From an uncultured Muribaculaceae bacterium (GTDB taxonomy: Bacteria; Bacillota_I; Bacilli_A; RF39; UBA660): DNA of 64,000 bases. Where the stretch lies: assembly GCA_964370755.1 (NCBI GenBank), contig CAYJKL010000001.1, positions 9,046 through 73,045 on the forward strand. The letters are read 5' to 3'. Position numbers and translations under genes: made by a program. The first letter of the stretch is position 1. Each line of letters starts with the position of its first letter. This document shows, one piece after another, positions 47,266 through 55,318 of this stretch. The notes beneath the pieces are model-generated. The model had not been told where the DNA came from. It did not search any database and saw only the letters and a program-made list of their open reading frames with translations.

Positions 47266-49743
47266 ATGGATAAATTAGAACAACAAAATATAGTTAATGA
47301 AATGGAAAAATCGTTTCTTGAATATTCAATGAGTGTTATTATTTCAAGAGCACTTCCAGACTTAAGAGATGGTTTAAAACCAGTTCATAGAAGAATACTT
47401 TATGCGATGCATGAAGATGGTTTAACACCAGATAAAATGTTTAAAAAAAGTGCAACTACTGTAGGTAATGTACTTGGTAGATATCATCCACATGGTGATT
47501 CATCAGTATATGACTCAATGGTTAGAATGGCACAAGATTTTAGTTATAGATATCCTTTAGTTGAAGGACATGGTAACTTTGGTTCAATAGATGGTGATGG
47601 AGCTGCGGCATATCGTTATACAGAGGCAAGATTACAAAAATTATCTTTAGAACTTCTTAGAGATATTAATAAGGATACTGTTGATTTTGAAGCAAACTTT
47701 GATAATTCTAGAAAAGAACCTAAAGTATTACCTTCTAGATATCCAAATATACTAGTAAATGGTACTATGGGTATTGCAGTTGGTATGGCTACTAACATTC
47801 CTCCACATAATTTAGGAGAAGTAATTGATGGTTGTGTAGCTTTTATTGATAATAATGAAATAACTATTCCAGAACTTATGGAATACGTAAAAGGTCCTGA
47901 TTTTCCAACATCTGCTTCAATACTTGGTAATTCTGGTATAAGAAAAGCTTATGAAACTGGAAGAGGTTCAATTACTATTAGAGGTAAAGCTGAAATTATT
48001 GAGAAAAATAATAAATCTCAAATAATTATTACTGAACTTCCTTATCAAGTTAATAAGAAAAATTTCCAAGAAAAGATTGGACAACTTGTAAGAGATAAAA
48101 TAATTGATGGAATAGCAGATTTAAATGATGAATCTACGCTTAAAAATGGTATTAAAGTAGTTGTAACTCTTAAAAGAGATGCAAATGCTAATGTAGTACT
48201 TAATAACCTTTATAAACATACACAATTACAAACATCTTATGGTATTAATTTACTTATGTTAGATGAAGGTGAACCAAAAACACTAAATTTAAAAGAAATT
48301 ATAGAAAAATATACAAATTATCAGAAAGTTGTTATTGTTAGAAGAACTAAATTTGAACTAGCTAAGGCTGAGCGTCGTGTTCACATCTTAGAAGGTTTAA
48401 AAATAGCTCTTGATAATATAGATGAAGTTATTAAACTTATTAGGGCTGCTGCTACAGATGAAGAAGCTAAAAATGGATTAATGACTAAGTTTGGATTATC
48501 TGAAATACAAGCTGAAGCAATACTTGAAATGAAACTTAGAAGACTTACGGGTCTTGAAAAATCTAAGATTGAAGATGAACTTGCTGAGCTTATGAAGGAA
48601 ATAGATCGTTTAAGAGGTATTCTTGCTGATGAAGCTAAAGTTTTAGCTATTATTAAAGAAGAATTACTAGAAATTAAACATAAATATAATGATGAAAGAA
48701 GAACTAATATAGATATGACGGCTATAGAATTCATTGAAGATGAGTCGCTTATACCTGAAGAAAATATAATTGTAATGCTTACAAAAGCTGGTTATATTAA
48801 ACGTACACTTCCTGGAGAGTTTAAAACTCAAAACAGAGGTGGTGTTGGTATTAAAGGTATGACTACTAATGAAGAAGATATAGTTGAGCAACTTATTAAC
48901 TTATCAACACATGATTATATATTATTCTTTACAAATAAAGGAAAAGTATATAGACTTAAGGGATATGAAATACCAGAATTTGGTAGAACTGCTAAAGGAA
49001 TTCCTATTGTTAATTTACTACAACTTGAAAATGATGAAAAAATTAGTTCTGTTATACAAATTAAGAATGATGAAGCTAAAAAGTATTTATTATTTTCTAC
49101 TAAAACAGGTGTAGTTAAAAAGACTTTAATAGAAGAATTTAGTAATATTAGAACTACTGGTAAGATATCTATTAATTTAAGAGAAAATGATGAGCTTATT
49201 GCTGTTAGAAAAACTTCTGGCGAAGATATGATTCTTTTAGGGTCTAATGCAGGTCGTATGGTTAAATTCCTAGAAAGTGAACTAAGACCTATGGGAAGAA
49301 CTGCATCAGGCGTTAGAGGTATTAATTTAGGCGAAGCTGAATGTGTTTGTGCTGAAGTTGTGTCTGAAGATGATCTTATCTTGTTATTAACAGAAAAAGG
49401 ATATGGTAAGAAGACATTTGTAAGTGAGTTTAGACAAACTAAACGTGGTTCTAAAGGTGTTAAAGCACTTAATATTACTGATAAAAATGGTGCATTAATA
49501 TCTGTTAAAGTATTAAATGATGAAAATGAATTAGTACTTATGACAAATGTTGGTTTGACAATTAGAATGCCTCTTGAACAGATTTCTACATTAGGTAGAG
49601 TTACTCAAGGGTTAAGATTAATTAATTTAAAAGATAATCAACAAGTATCAAGTGCTGTATTACTAAAAATTGAACAAGAAGAAATAGAAACTGATTCAGA
49701 AACAAATGAATCAGAAGAAAATGAAGAAATTAGCGAAAGCTAG
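47266..49743 (+). CDS. gyrA: DNA gyrase subunit A
   Basis: [25 protein letters not shown] region [17 protein letters not shown], catalytic [12 protein letters not shown]-terminal beta-pinwheel repeats and an acidic tail. Start at 47266 after AGGAGGTG. Confidence 0.97.
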   Translation: MDKLEQQNIVNEMEKSFLEYSMSVIISRALPDLRDGLKPVHRRILYAMHEDGLTPDKMFKKSATTVGNVLGRYHPHGDSSVYDSMVRMAQDFSYRYPLVEGHGNFGSIDGDGAAAYRYTEARLQKLSLELLRDINKDTVDFEANFDNSRKEPKVLPSRYPNILVNGTMGIAVGMATNIPPHNLGEVIDGCVAFIDNNEITIPELMEYVKGPDFPTSASILGNSGIRKAYETGRGSITIRGKAEIIEKNNKSQIIITELPYQVNKKNFQEKIGQLVRDKIIDGIADLNDESTLKNGIKVVVTLKRDANANVVLNNLYKHTQLQTSYGINLLMLDEGEPKTLNLKEIIEKYTNYQKVVIVRRTKFELAKAERRVHILEGLKIALDNIDEVIKLIRAAATDEEAKNGLMTKFGLSEIQAEAILEMKLRRLTGLEKSKIEDELAELMKEIDRLRGILADEAKVLAIIKEELLEIKHKYNDERRTNIDMTAIEFIEDESLIPEENIIVMLTKAGYIKRTLPGEFKTQNRGGVGIKGMTTNEEDIVEQLINLSTHDYILFFTNKGKVYRLKGYEIPEFGRTAKGIPIVNLLQLENDEKISSVIQIKNDEAKKYLLFSTKTGVVKKTLIEEFSNIRTTGKISINLRENDELIAVRKTSGEDMILLGSNAGRMVKFLESELRPMGRTASGVRGINLGEAECVCAEVVSEDDLILLLTEKGYGKKTFVSEFRQTKRGSKGVKALNITDKNGALISVKVLNDENELVLMTNVGLTIRMPLEQISTLGRVTQGLRLINLKDNQQVSSAVLLKIEQEEIETDSETNESEENEEISES

Positions 49744-49793
49744 TTTTTTTTTTACTTGCTCTGCTCTATTGGTTTTCAATTTATATTAATATA

Positions 49794-50017
49794 TTATGTA
49801 AACTGAATATTTCCCGGGAAATAAAATTGTGAATAAATATAACGTTATTAACATAAAAATATTTCCCGGGAAATATTTTTATATGTTATGTAACCCAAAA
49901 TATTTCCCAAATTATAAAATTTTGTATAAATTTGTATGTTATGTTAACAAATTATTTCCCGGGAAATAATTTCGTTGCAACCAATTATTATGTAAACTAA
50001 TTATTTTCCAAAAATAA
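49794..50017. repeat. Tandem array of five ~41-53 bp units, each TTATGTAAAC-like + 4-5 nt + Noc-binding-site (NBS) palindrome TATTTCCCGGGAAATA
   Basis: Perfect 16-mers at 49808-49823, 49860-49875 and 49953-49968. A half-site-only copy TATTTCCCaaattata lies at 49901-49916, and a decayed copy TATTTTCCAAAAATAA at 50002-50017. TTATGTAAAC-type motifs are at 49794, 49886 (TTATGTAACC), 49939 (TTATGTTAAC), 49988 and 50081, with TTATTAACAT at 49845. The core equals the B. subtilis NBS consensus ATTTCCCGGGAAAT. Confidence 0.75.
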
Positions 50018-50328
50018 GTTAAGTTCTCTTATCAATATTTAATGATATATACCTGGCAAAATTTGTGTTTTTAAATAATATTATGTAAACCAAATTCTTA
50101 AGCTAGCTAATGCTCTTTTGTTTATTCTTATTTTTTTTAAAGTAGCTTAATATATTTCATTATTTATTTATAATTTGAATGATAGATATGTATTATAATT
50201 TCAATTATTCGTTTTTAAATTTATTATATATTTCTATTATAATATATTTTTTAAATTATTAGTTATATATATTAACAGATTGATCTTTCGTATTTATTAT
50301 AGTATATATCCTTAATTTTTACGAACAA

Positions 50329-51023
50329 TGTTCCACGTGGAACATTGTTTTTTTGTTGTATGTGTTATATATTGATATATTTTATGTATATTGATTCAAA
50401 TTTTCTTGGCTAGTAGTTATATAATTCATTAAAATATATTCAATGTTCCACGTGGAACATTGAGTGTTGATAACTTATACATATATTATTTGAGTTAAAT
50501 ATATATTTAATGTTGTTTTATTTTATTTATTTGTTAATAAAATCACCATTTTTGTAACTTTATATACTTTTGATGCGTTTGATGTTCCACGTGGAACATC
50601 ATGTTTATAATGCATTTTTTTAGTCTGTTATTTTAATTATAATATTTCAGTGTTAATAAATCCTATCTATTTTTTTTATTACGATTACAATGTTCCACGT
50701 GGAACATTGGTTATTTTTGTTGGTAACTTTCTCAATATAATTGAGTGTTATTATATTTTTTTGCCTAATTTACGCGGAAAATTCAATGTTCCACGTGGAA
50801 CATCAGCTTGTTGATAACTTATTTTCATGTTCTTTTTTTGATATATTAAATTAATGTTAATAAGTTTCCTATAAAATTTAAATAGTATTTTTTTCTTTAT
50901 ATGTTCCACGTGGAACATTAAGTGTTGATAAGTTTTATAACGAGAATGTTTTATTATAGATTATTTTGTGTTAATAATATAGTTAAGTATTTAGTATTTC
51001 AAAACAATGTTCCACGTGGAACA
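50329..51023. repeat. Array of seven identical, perfectly symmetric parS (ParB/Spo0J-binding centromere) sites
   Basis: TGTTCCACGTGGAACA at 50329-50344, 50444-50459, 50583-50598, 50691-50706, 50787-50802, 50902-50917 and 51008-51023. All copies share the 18-bp palindrome ATGTTCCACGTGGAACAT, and the first extends to 26 bp. This matches the parS consensus TGTTNCACGTGAAACA. The spacers are AT-rich and only loosely related to one another. Confidence 0.8.
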
Positions 51024-51097
51024 TTGTTAATAATTATCGAATTACTGCACTTTATGTGTATATTTTCTTTATTTTATGGCGATTTTATGTTTTTTTC

Positions 51098-51126
51098 TTG
51101 TTTTTCAATGTTAATTATGATATAAT
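51098..51126 (+). promoter_or_regulatory. Putative extended -10 sigma-A promoter for the SRP RNA gene (TTGTTT - 17 nt - TGaTATAAT)
   Basis: Read directly from the sequence. The -10 TATAAT at 51121-51126 is preceded by TG at 51118-51119. The predicted start is near G51133. Confidence 0.5.
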
Positions 51127-51132
51127 TTATAC

Positions 51133-51210
51133 GTGCAACAAATATATTGTAATCTGGTCAGGATCGGAAGATAGCAGCCACGTCAATCCCTATTTGTGTG
51201 CACTTTTTTT
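51133..51210 (+). ncRNA. ffs: Small (4.5S-type) signal recognition particle RNA
   Basis: CTGGTCAGGATCGGAAGATAGCAGCCACG matches the universally conserved SRP RNA domain IV (E. coli CCAGGUCAGGUCCGGAAGGAAGCAGCCAAGG) including the GGAA tetraloop. The closing stem is GTGCAACAAATA...TATTTGTGTGCAC, followed by T7. It sits next to tadA/dnaX, as scr does in B. subtilis. Confidence 0.65.
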
Positions 51211-51222
51211 ATAGGAGAATTT

Positions 51223-51636
51223 ATGAATTATATGTTGGAGGCTTTGAATGAAGCAAAATTAGCTTTTTTAGAAGATGAGGTGCCTGTAGGTGCTGTTTTG
51301 GTTAAAAATGGCGAAATAATTGTGAAAAAACATAATGATCGTGAGAAAAATAATAATATACTTAGTCATGCTGAAATAATGTGTATAATTGAAGCTAATA
51401 AAATTGAAAAAACTTGGAAATTGTATGATTATGATTTATATGTAACTTTAAAACCATGTTCTATGTGTGAAGCTGTTATAAAACAAGCAAGAATTAAAAA
51501 TGTTTACTATTTATCTGATAAATTAGAAATTAAAAATGATTACAACCGAACAAATGTTTGTAAAATGAATTTATCAGATGATTTATTGACTGAGTATCAT
51601 CAGATTTTGTCTGATTTCTTTAAAAATAAGCGATAA
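51223..51636 (+). CDS. tadA: tRNA-specific adenosine-34 deaminase TadA
   Basis: Zinc motifs SHAEIMCI (HAE) and KPCSMCEAVI (PCxxC). Start at 51223 after TAGGAGAA; the tracked upstream extension would overlap the SRP RNA. Confidence 0.85.
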   Translation: MNYMLEALNEAKLAFLEDEVPVGAVLVKNGEIIVKKHNDREKNNNILSHAEIMCIIEANKIEKTWKLYDYDLYVTLKPCSMCEAVIKQARIKNVYYLSDKLEIKNDYNRTNVCKMNLSDDLLTEYHQILSDFFKNKR

Positions 51637-51722
51637 ATTTTAATATTTTGATAAATTTGCTTATTGTGTAGACTTATTTGTGTCAATTTGATAAAATTAT
51701 ATTGATGGGAGTTAGGGGTAAT

Positions 51723-53303
51723 ATGAGTTATAAAGTATTATATAGAAAATATAGACCTGATGATTTTTCTACTTTAGTTGGTCAGGAAAATATTGTTAGA
51801 ATTTTAAAAAATAGTGTTGATAACAACAAGCTTTCTCATGCGTATATTTTTTCTGGTCCTAGAGGGACTGGTAAGACTAGTTCTGCTAAAATATTTGCTA
51901 AGTGTGTTAATTGTTTATCACTTGAAAATGGAAATCCATGTAATAAATGTGAGAATTGTTTAAATTATGAGAATAGTAATGATATTATAGAGATAGATGC
52001 TGCATCTAATAATGGTGTTGATGAGATGCGTGAAATTATAAATAATATTAAATTGTCTCCAAATTTTTTGAAGTATAAAGTTTATATTGTTGATGAAGTT
52101 CATATGCTTAGCCAAAGTGCTTTTAATGCCCTTTTACTTACACTTGAGGAACCTCCTAGTCATGTTATCTTTATACTTGCTACTACTAATATTGAGAGTG
52201 TTCCAATTACTATTATGTCTAGATGTCAAAGATTTGATTTTAAGAAAATTGATCTAAATGTTATTGTAAGAAGAATAAATGATATATGTAAGGAAGAAAA
52301 TATTGAAATTACTGAAGATGCTGCTATTGAAATAGCTAGAGTTTCTGATGGTGGTATGAGAGATTCACTTAGTTTACTTGATCAGTTGTCTAAAAGTAAT
52401 CAGAAAATTGATTTAAATATGGTTACTGATTCAGTAGGAAATATTTCTTTAAAATCAATAAATCTTATTTTGGATGCGATTGAAGATAATGATTTTAGTA
52501 AAGTTATAGATTTGTTAGATGAATTTTCTTTAAAATCTGTTGATTATAAGCTTTTAATTAAGGGGCTTATAGATCAAAGTGCGTTGCGTGTTAAAAATAT
52601 GCTAATTAATAATAAGCAAGATAGATTAAGTACTTCAGATTATAAGAAACTTGTATTTGATTTAACTGATTGTATGAATAAGATTAATGTTAATGTTAAT
52701 GTTTATTCACTTTTAACTGTACTTTTGATGACTTATATGGACACTAAAAATATTGTTATAGCTGAAAGTAGTGTTGTTAAGAATGTTGAAGCAAATGCTA
52801 GTTTAAACAAAAAAATTGATGATAGTTCAGTTTTAGTTCTTGATAAAGATGCTGATTTTAATAAGAATTTTGATGAAATTAAAAAAATTCGTGTAAATAA
52901 TTGTTTTGTTAATGTTTCTAAAGATGAAAAGAATAAACAGTTACAAAATTGGGGTAATTTTAAAGATGATGTTAGTAAACAACTAAGAGGTATTGTAGTA
53001 GATTCTGATGTTGCTATGGCATCAAAGGAAATTATTGTGATTCATTCTAGTAGTGTTAATGATGTCGAAGAATTGTTTAATAATATAGATAATATAGAAG
53101 AACAATTTAATAAACTTAATAAAAGTTTATTTAAATTTGTATTTTTGACTAGTGATGAATGGAAGAATTTATCGTCAGACTATGTTAAAAACATTAAAAA
53201 TGGTGTAAAATATAATTATATCGAAGAGAAGAATGAAAAAATAGATGAATTGTCAGCTATTGCTAGTGATATTTTCGATAGTGCTATTATAGAGGAAGGA
53301 TGA
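51723..53303 (+). CDS. dnaX: DNA polymerase III subunits gamma/tau
   Basis: LYRKYRPDDFSTLVGQENIV, Walker A GPRGTGKTS, zinc module CVNC...CNKCENC, DEVHML, SRCQRFDF. Start at 51723. Confidence 0.9.
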   Translation: MSYKVLYRKYRPDDFSTLVGQENIVRILKNSVDNNKLSHAYIFSGPRGTGKTSSAKIFAKCVNCLSLENGNPCNKCENCLNYENSNDIIEIDAASNNGVDEMREIINNIKLSPNFLKYKVYIVDEVHMLSQSAFNALLLTLEEPPSHVIFILATTNIESVPITIMSRCQRFDFKKIDLNVIVRRINDICKEENIEITEDAAIEIARVSDGGMRDSLSLLDQLSKSNQKIDLNMVTDSVGNISLKSINLILDAIEDNDFSKVIDLLDEFSLKSVDYKLLIKGLIDQSALRVKNMLINNKQDRLSTSDYKKLVFDLTDCMNKINVNVNVYSLLTVLLMTYMDTKNIVIAESSVVKNVEANASLNKKIDDSSVLVLDKDADFNKNFDEIKKIRVNNCFVNVSKDEKNKQLQNWGNFKDDVSKQLRGIVVDSDVAMASKEIIVIHSSSVNDVEELFNNIDNIEEQFNKLNKSLFKFVFLTSDEWKNLSSDYVKNIKNGVKYNYIEEKNEKIDELSAIASDIFDSAIIEEG

Positions 53304-53309
53304 TATATA

Positions 53310-53603
53310 ATGAATATGCAAAGTTTAATGCAACAAGCACAAAAAATGCAAAAAGATATTGCAAAAAAACAAGATGAACTTGAGAAAATGGAGTTTGCTG
53401 GTTCTAGTGAACTAGTTGATTTAGTTATGAAAGGTGACCATAAGATTGCTAAAGTTTCTATTAAATCTGAATCACTTGATAAAGATGATATCGAAGTTTT
53501 AGAAGACATGATTGTTATAGCGTATAATGATGCTTTATCTAAACTAAATAAAGAAACTGAAAGTAAAATGGGTGCTTATAGTAAAATGGGCGGAATGTTT
53601 TAA
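53310..53603 (+). CDS. ybaB: Nucleoid-associated protein YbaB/EbfC
   Basis: 97 aa. MNMQSLMQQAQKMQKDIAKKQDELEK..., conserved position between dnaX and recR. Confidence 0.9.
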   Translation: MNMQSLMQQAQKMQKDIAKKQDELEKMEFAGSSELVDLVMKGDHKIAKVSIKSESLDKDDIEVLEDMIVIAYNDALSKLNKETESKMGAYSKMGGMF

Positions 53604-53605
53604 TA

Positions 53606-54208
53606 ATGGTTTATCCAGAAACATTGCAAAAATTAATTAATTTTTATAAGAAATTTCCTGGTGTAGGTGAGAAAAGTGCTGAAAGGATGGCGCTTGCTAC
53701 TATAGAATTTAGTGATGAGGATATTGAAGATGCTTCTGAAGTATTTTTGTTGGCAAAACAAAATTTAAAGAAATGTCAGATATGTGGTCATATTACTGAT
53801 GATGAAACTTGTAGTATTTGTCATAGTGGCACAAGGAATAAAAATGTTATTTGTGTTATTGAGGATTATAAAAGTGTTTTTGCATTTGAGAAAGCGGGTA
53901 ATTATAATGGTGTTTATCACGTTTTAAATGGGCTGATAAGTCCGATTAATAATGTTTCGCCTGAAGATATTAACTTATCTTCTTTAATTAAAAGAGTTTC
54001 TCAGATGGAAAACGTAGAATTAATTCTTGCGTTAAAGTCATCTATAGAGGGTGAAACTACAACGCTTTATATTAAAAAGATATTTGAAAAAGAAAATGTT
54101 ACTATTTCTAGACTATCTTATGGACTTCCGATGGGTGCAGAAATAGATTATTTAGATATTATGACATTAGATAAAGCTTTAGAAGATAGAAAAAAGATCT
54201 CTGAATAA
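53606..54208 (+). CDS. recR: Recombination protein RecR
   Basis: HhH motif LPGVGEKSAERMA, zinc finger CQICGHITDDETCSIC, Toprim domain. Confidence 0.95.
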   Translation: MVYPETLQKLINFYKKFPGVGEKSAERMALATIEFSDEDIEDASEVFLLAKQNLKKCQICGHITDDETCSICHSGTRNKNVICVIEDYKSVFAFEKAGNYNGVYHVLNGLISPINNVSPEDINLSSLIKRVSQMENVELILALKSSIEGETTTLYIKKIFEKENVTISRLSYGLPMGAEIDYLDIMTLDKALEDRKKISE

Positions 54209-54252
54209 GTATAATTAAGTAGTATTTTCATATAATTTTTTAGAGGAAAGAT

Positions 54253-54438
54253 ATGAAAATATTTATTAAAAAATTTTTGAAACAATTTGTTCTAGCGTTT
54301 GCTATGTTGTATGCGCTTAATTTATTGTTAGTGAATTTAGATGTATTTATTCCAATTAACGCAATTACTGTTGCCGTTACTACTTTTTTAGGACCTTTTG
54401 GAGCTGTATCTTTAGTTATTTTATCTTATATGATCTAG
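54253..54438 (+). CDS. bofA: BofA-like pro-sigma-K processing inhibitor (short form)
   Basis: 61-aa two-TM protein. IPINAITVAVTTFLGPFGAVSLVIL resembles B. subtilis BofA HVPINLVTTAISGILGIPGIAALVV (recalled from memory). It occupies the same position after recR. Confidence 0.55.
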   Translation: MKIFIKKFLKQFVLAFAMLYALNLLLVNLDVFIPINAITVAVTTFLGPFGAVSLVILSYMI

Positions 54439-54448
54439 ATAGGAGATT

Positions 54449-55318
54449 ATGATAAGTAAAAACTTTGATAAGTTAATACATGATTTTGAGAGTGATAAAT
54501 TTGCTCATGCATACTTGATTGAAACAAACAATCAAGATTTTTGTGTTGAAGAACTGAAATATTTAGTTAAGCATTTGTCGTGTTTAGATAATTTTAGTCC
54601 AGATTGTGATAAATGTTCTATATGTAAAATGATAGATAATGATGAAGCTTTAAATTTATTTATCGTTGGTCCTGATGGAATGTTTATTAAGAAGGAACAG
54701 ATTTTAGAACTAAAGAAAAAGTGTCTAGTAAAGCCTGATCTTGCTAAAAATAATGTCTATATAATTAAACAAACAGAAAAACTTAATTCATCATCTGCTA
54801 ATACTATGCTTAAGTTTGTTGAAGAACCTTACGATAATACAATTGGTTTTTTTATTACTAATAATAAAGAGAATGTTATCAACACTATAAAAAGTAGATG
54901 TCAAATACTAAGTGTCAAATATGATAATGCAACTATATATCAAGAGTTGGGAATTAGTAAAGAAGAATTTGATTTTCATGTTGATAACATACGTTACTAC
55001 TTACTAGAAATAATTAATAATAAAAATGATTCTATTTTAATTAATAAAACTATATTAAATGATATTTATTTAGAAAAAAATCAAGCATATATATTATTTA
55101 AAATAGTTTTAGATATATATGATAGTGTTTTTTATTATATTTGTGGTAAAAATGTGATAAAATATGATGGATTTGAGAAATTATATGAGGAAAATTTGGA
55201 ATATGTTGTTAAAATTAAGGAAATTTTAGTAAAATTATTAAACGATATGAATTATAATGCTAAAATTGATTTATTATTTGATAGATTTGTGATAGAAATG
55301 GGAGAAGTAAATGACTAA
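54449..55318 (+). CDS. holB: DNA polymerase III delta-prime subunit
   Basis: AAA+-like clamp-loader fold without an intact P-loop (FAHAYLIE), a zinc-like Cys cluster (CDKCSICKMI), SRCQIL. Position upstream of ricT as in Bacilli. Confidence 0.7.
   Translation: MISKNFDKLIHDFESDKFAHAYLIETNNQDFCVEELKYLVKHLSCLDNFSPDCDKCSICKMIDNDEALNLFIVGPDGMFIKKEQILELKKKCLVKPDLAKNNVYIIKQTEKLNSSSANTMLKFVEEPYDNTIGFFITNNKENVINTIKSRCQILSVKYDNATIYQELGISKEEFDFHVDNIRYYLLEIINNKNDSILINKTILNDIYLEKNQAYILFKIVLDIYDSVFYYICGKNVIKYDGFEKLYEENLEYVVKIKEILVKLLNDMNYNAKIDLLFDRFVIEMGEVND

Noticed and set aside
50329-51023. Regularly spaced identical palindromic repeats that could be read as a CRISPR array
   Set aside because: The spacers (about 80-120 bp) are far longer than CRISPR spacers and are related to each other. 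There are no cas genes and no leader. The repeat is exactly the parS consensus.
50922-51125. Tracked 67-aa ORF inside the parS array
   Set aside because: It has no RBS and runs across two parS palindromes and the ffs promoter. Its Phe/Ile/Leu-rich composition is what random AT-rich DNA yields.
49744-51132. Expected an rRNA operon or tRNA genes after gyrA, as in B. subtilis
   Set aside because: There are no GC-rich structured segments, no 16S/23S/5S conserved blocks and no tRNA cloverleaf candidates. The only GC-rich elements are the palindromes.
52800-52830. A-rich run (AACAAAAAAATTG) in dnaX as a possible programmed -1 frameshift producing gamma
   Set aside because: There is no downstream stimulatory hairpin and no convenient out-of-frame stop that I could verify. 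A-runs are ubiquitous in this AT-rich genome.
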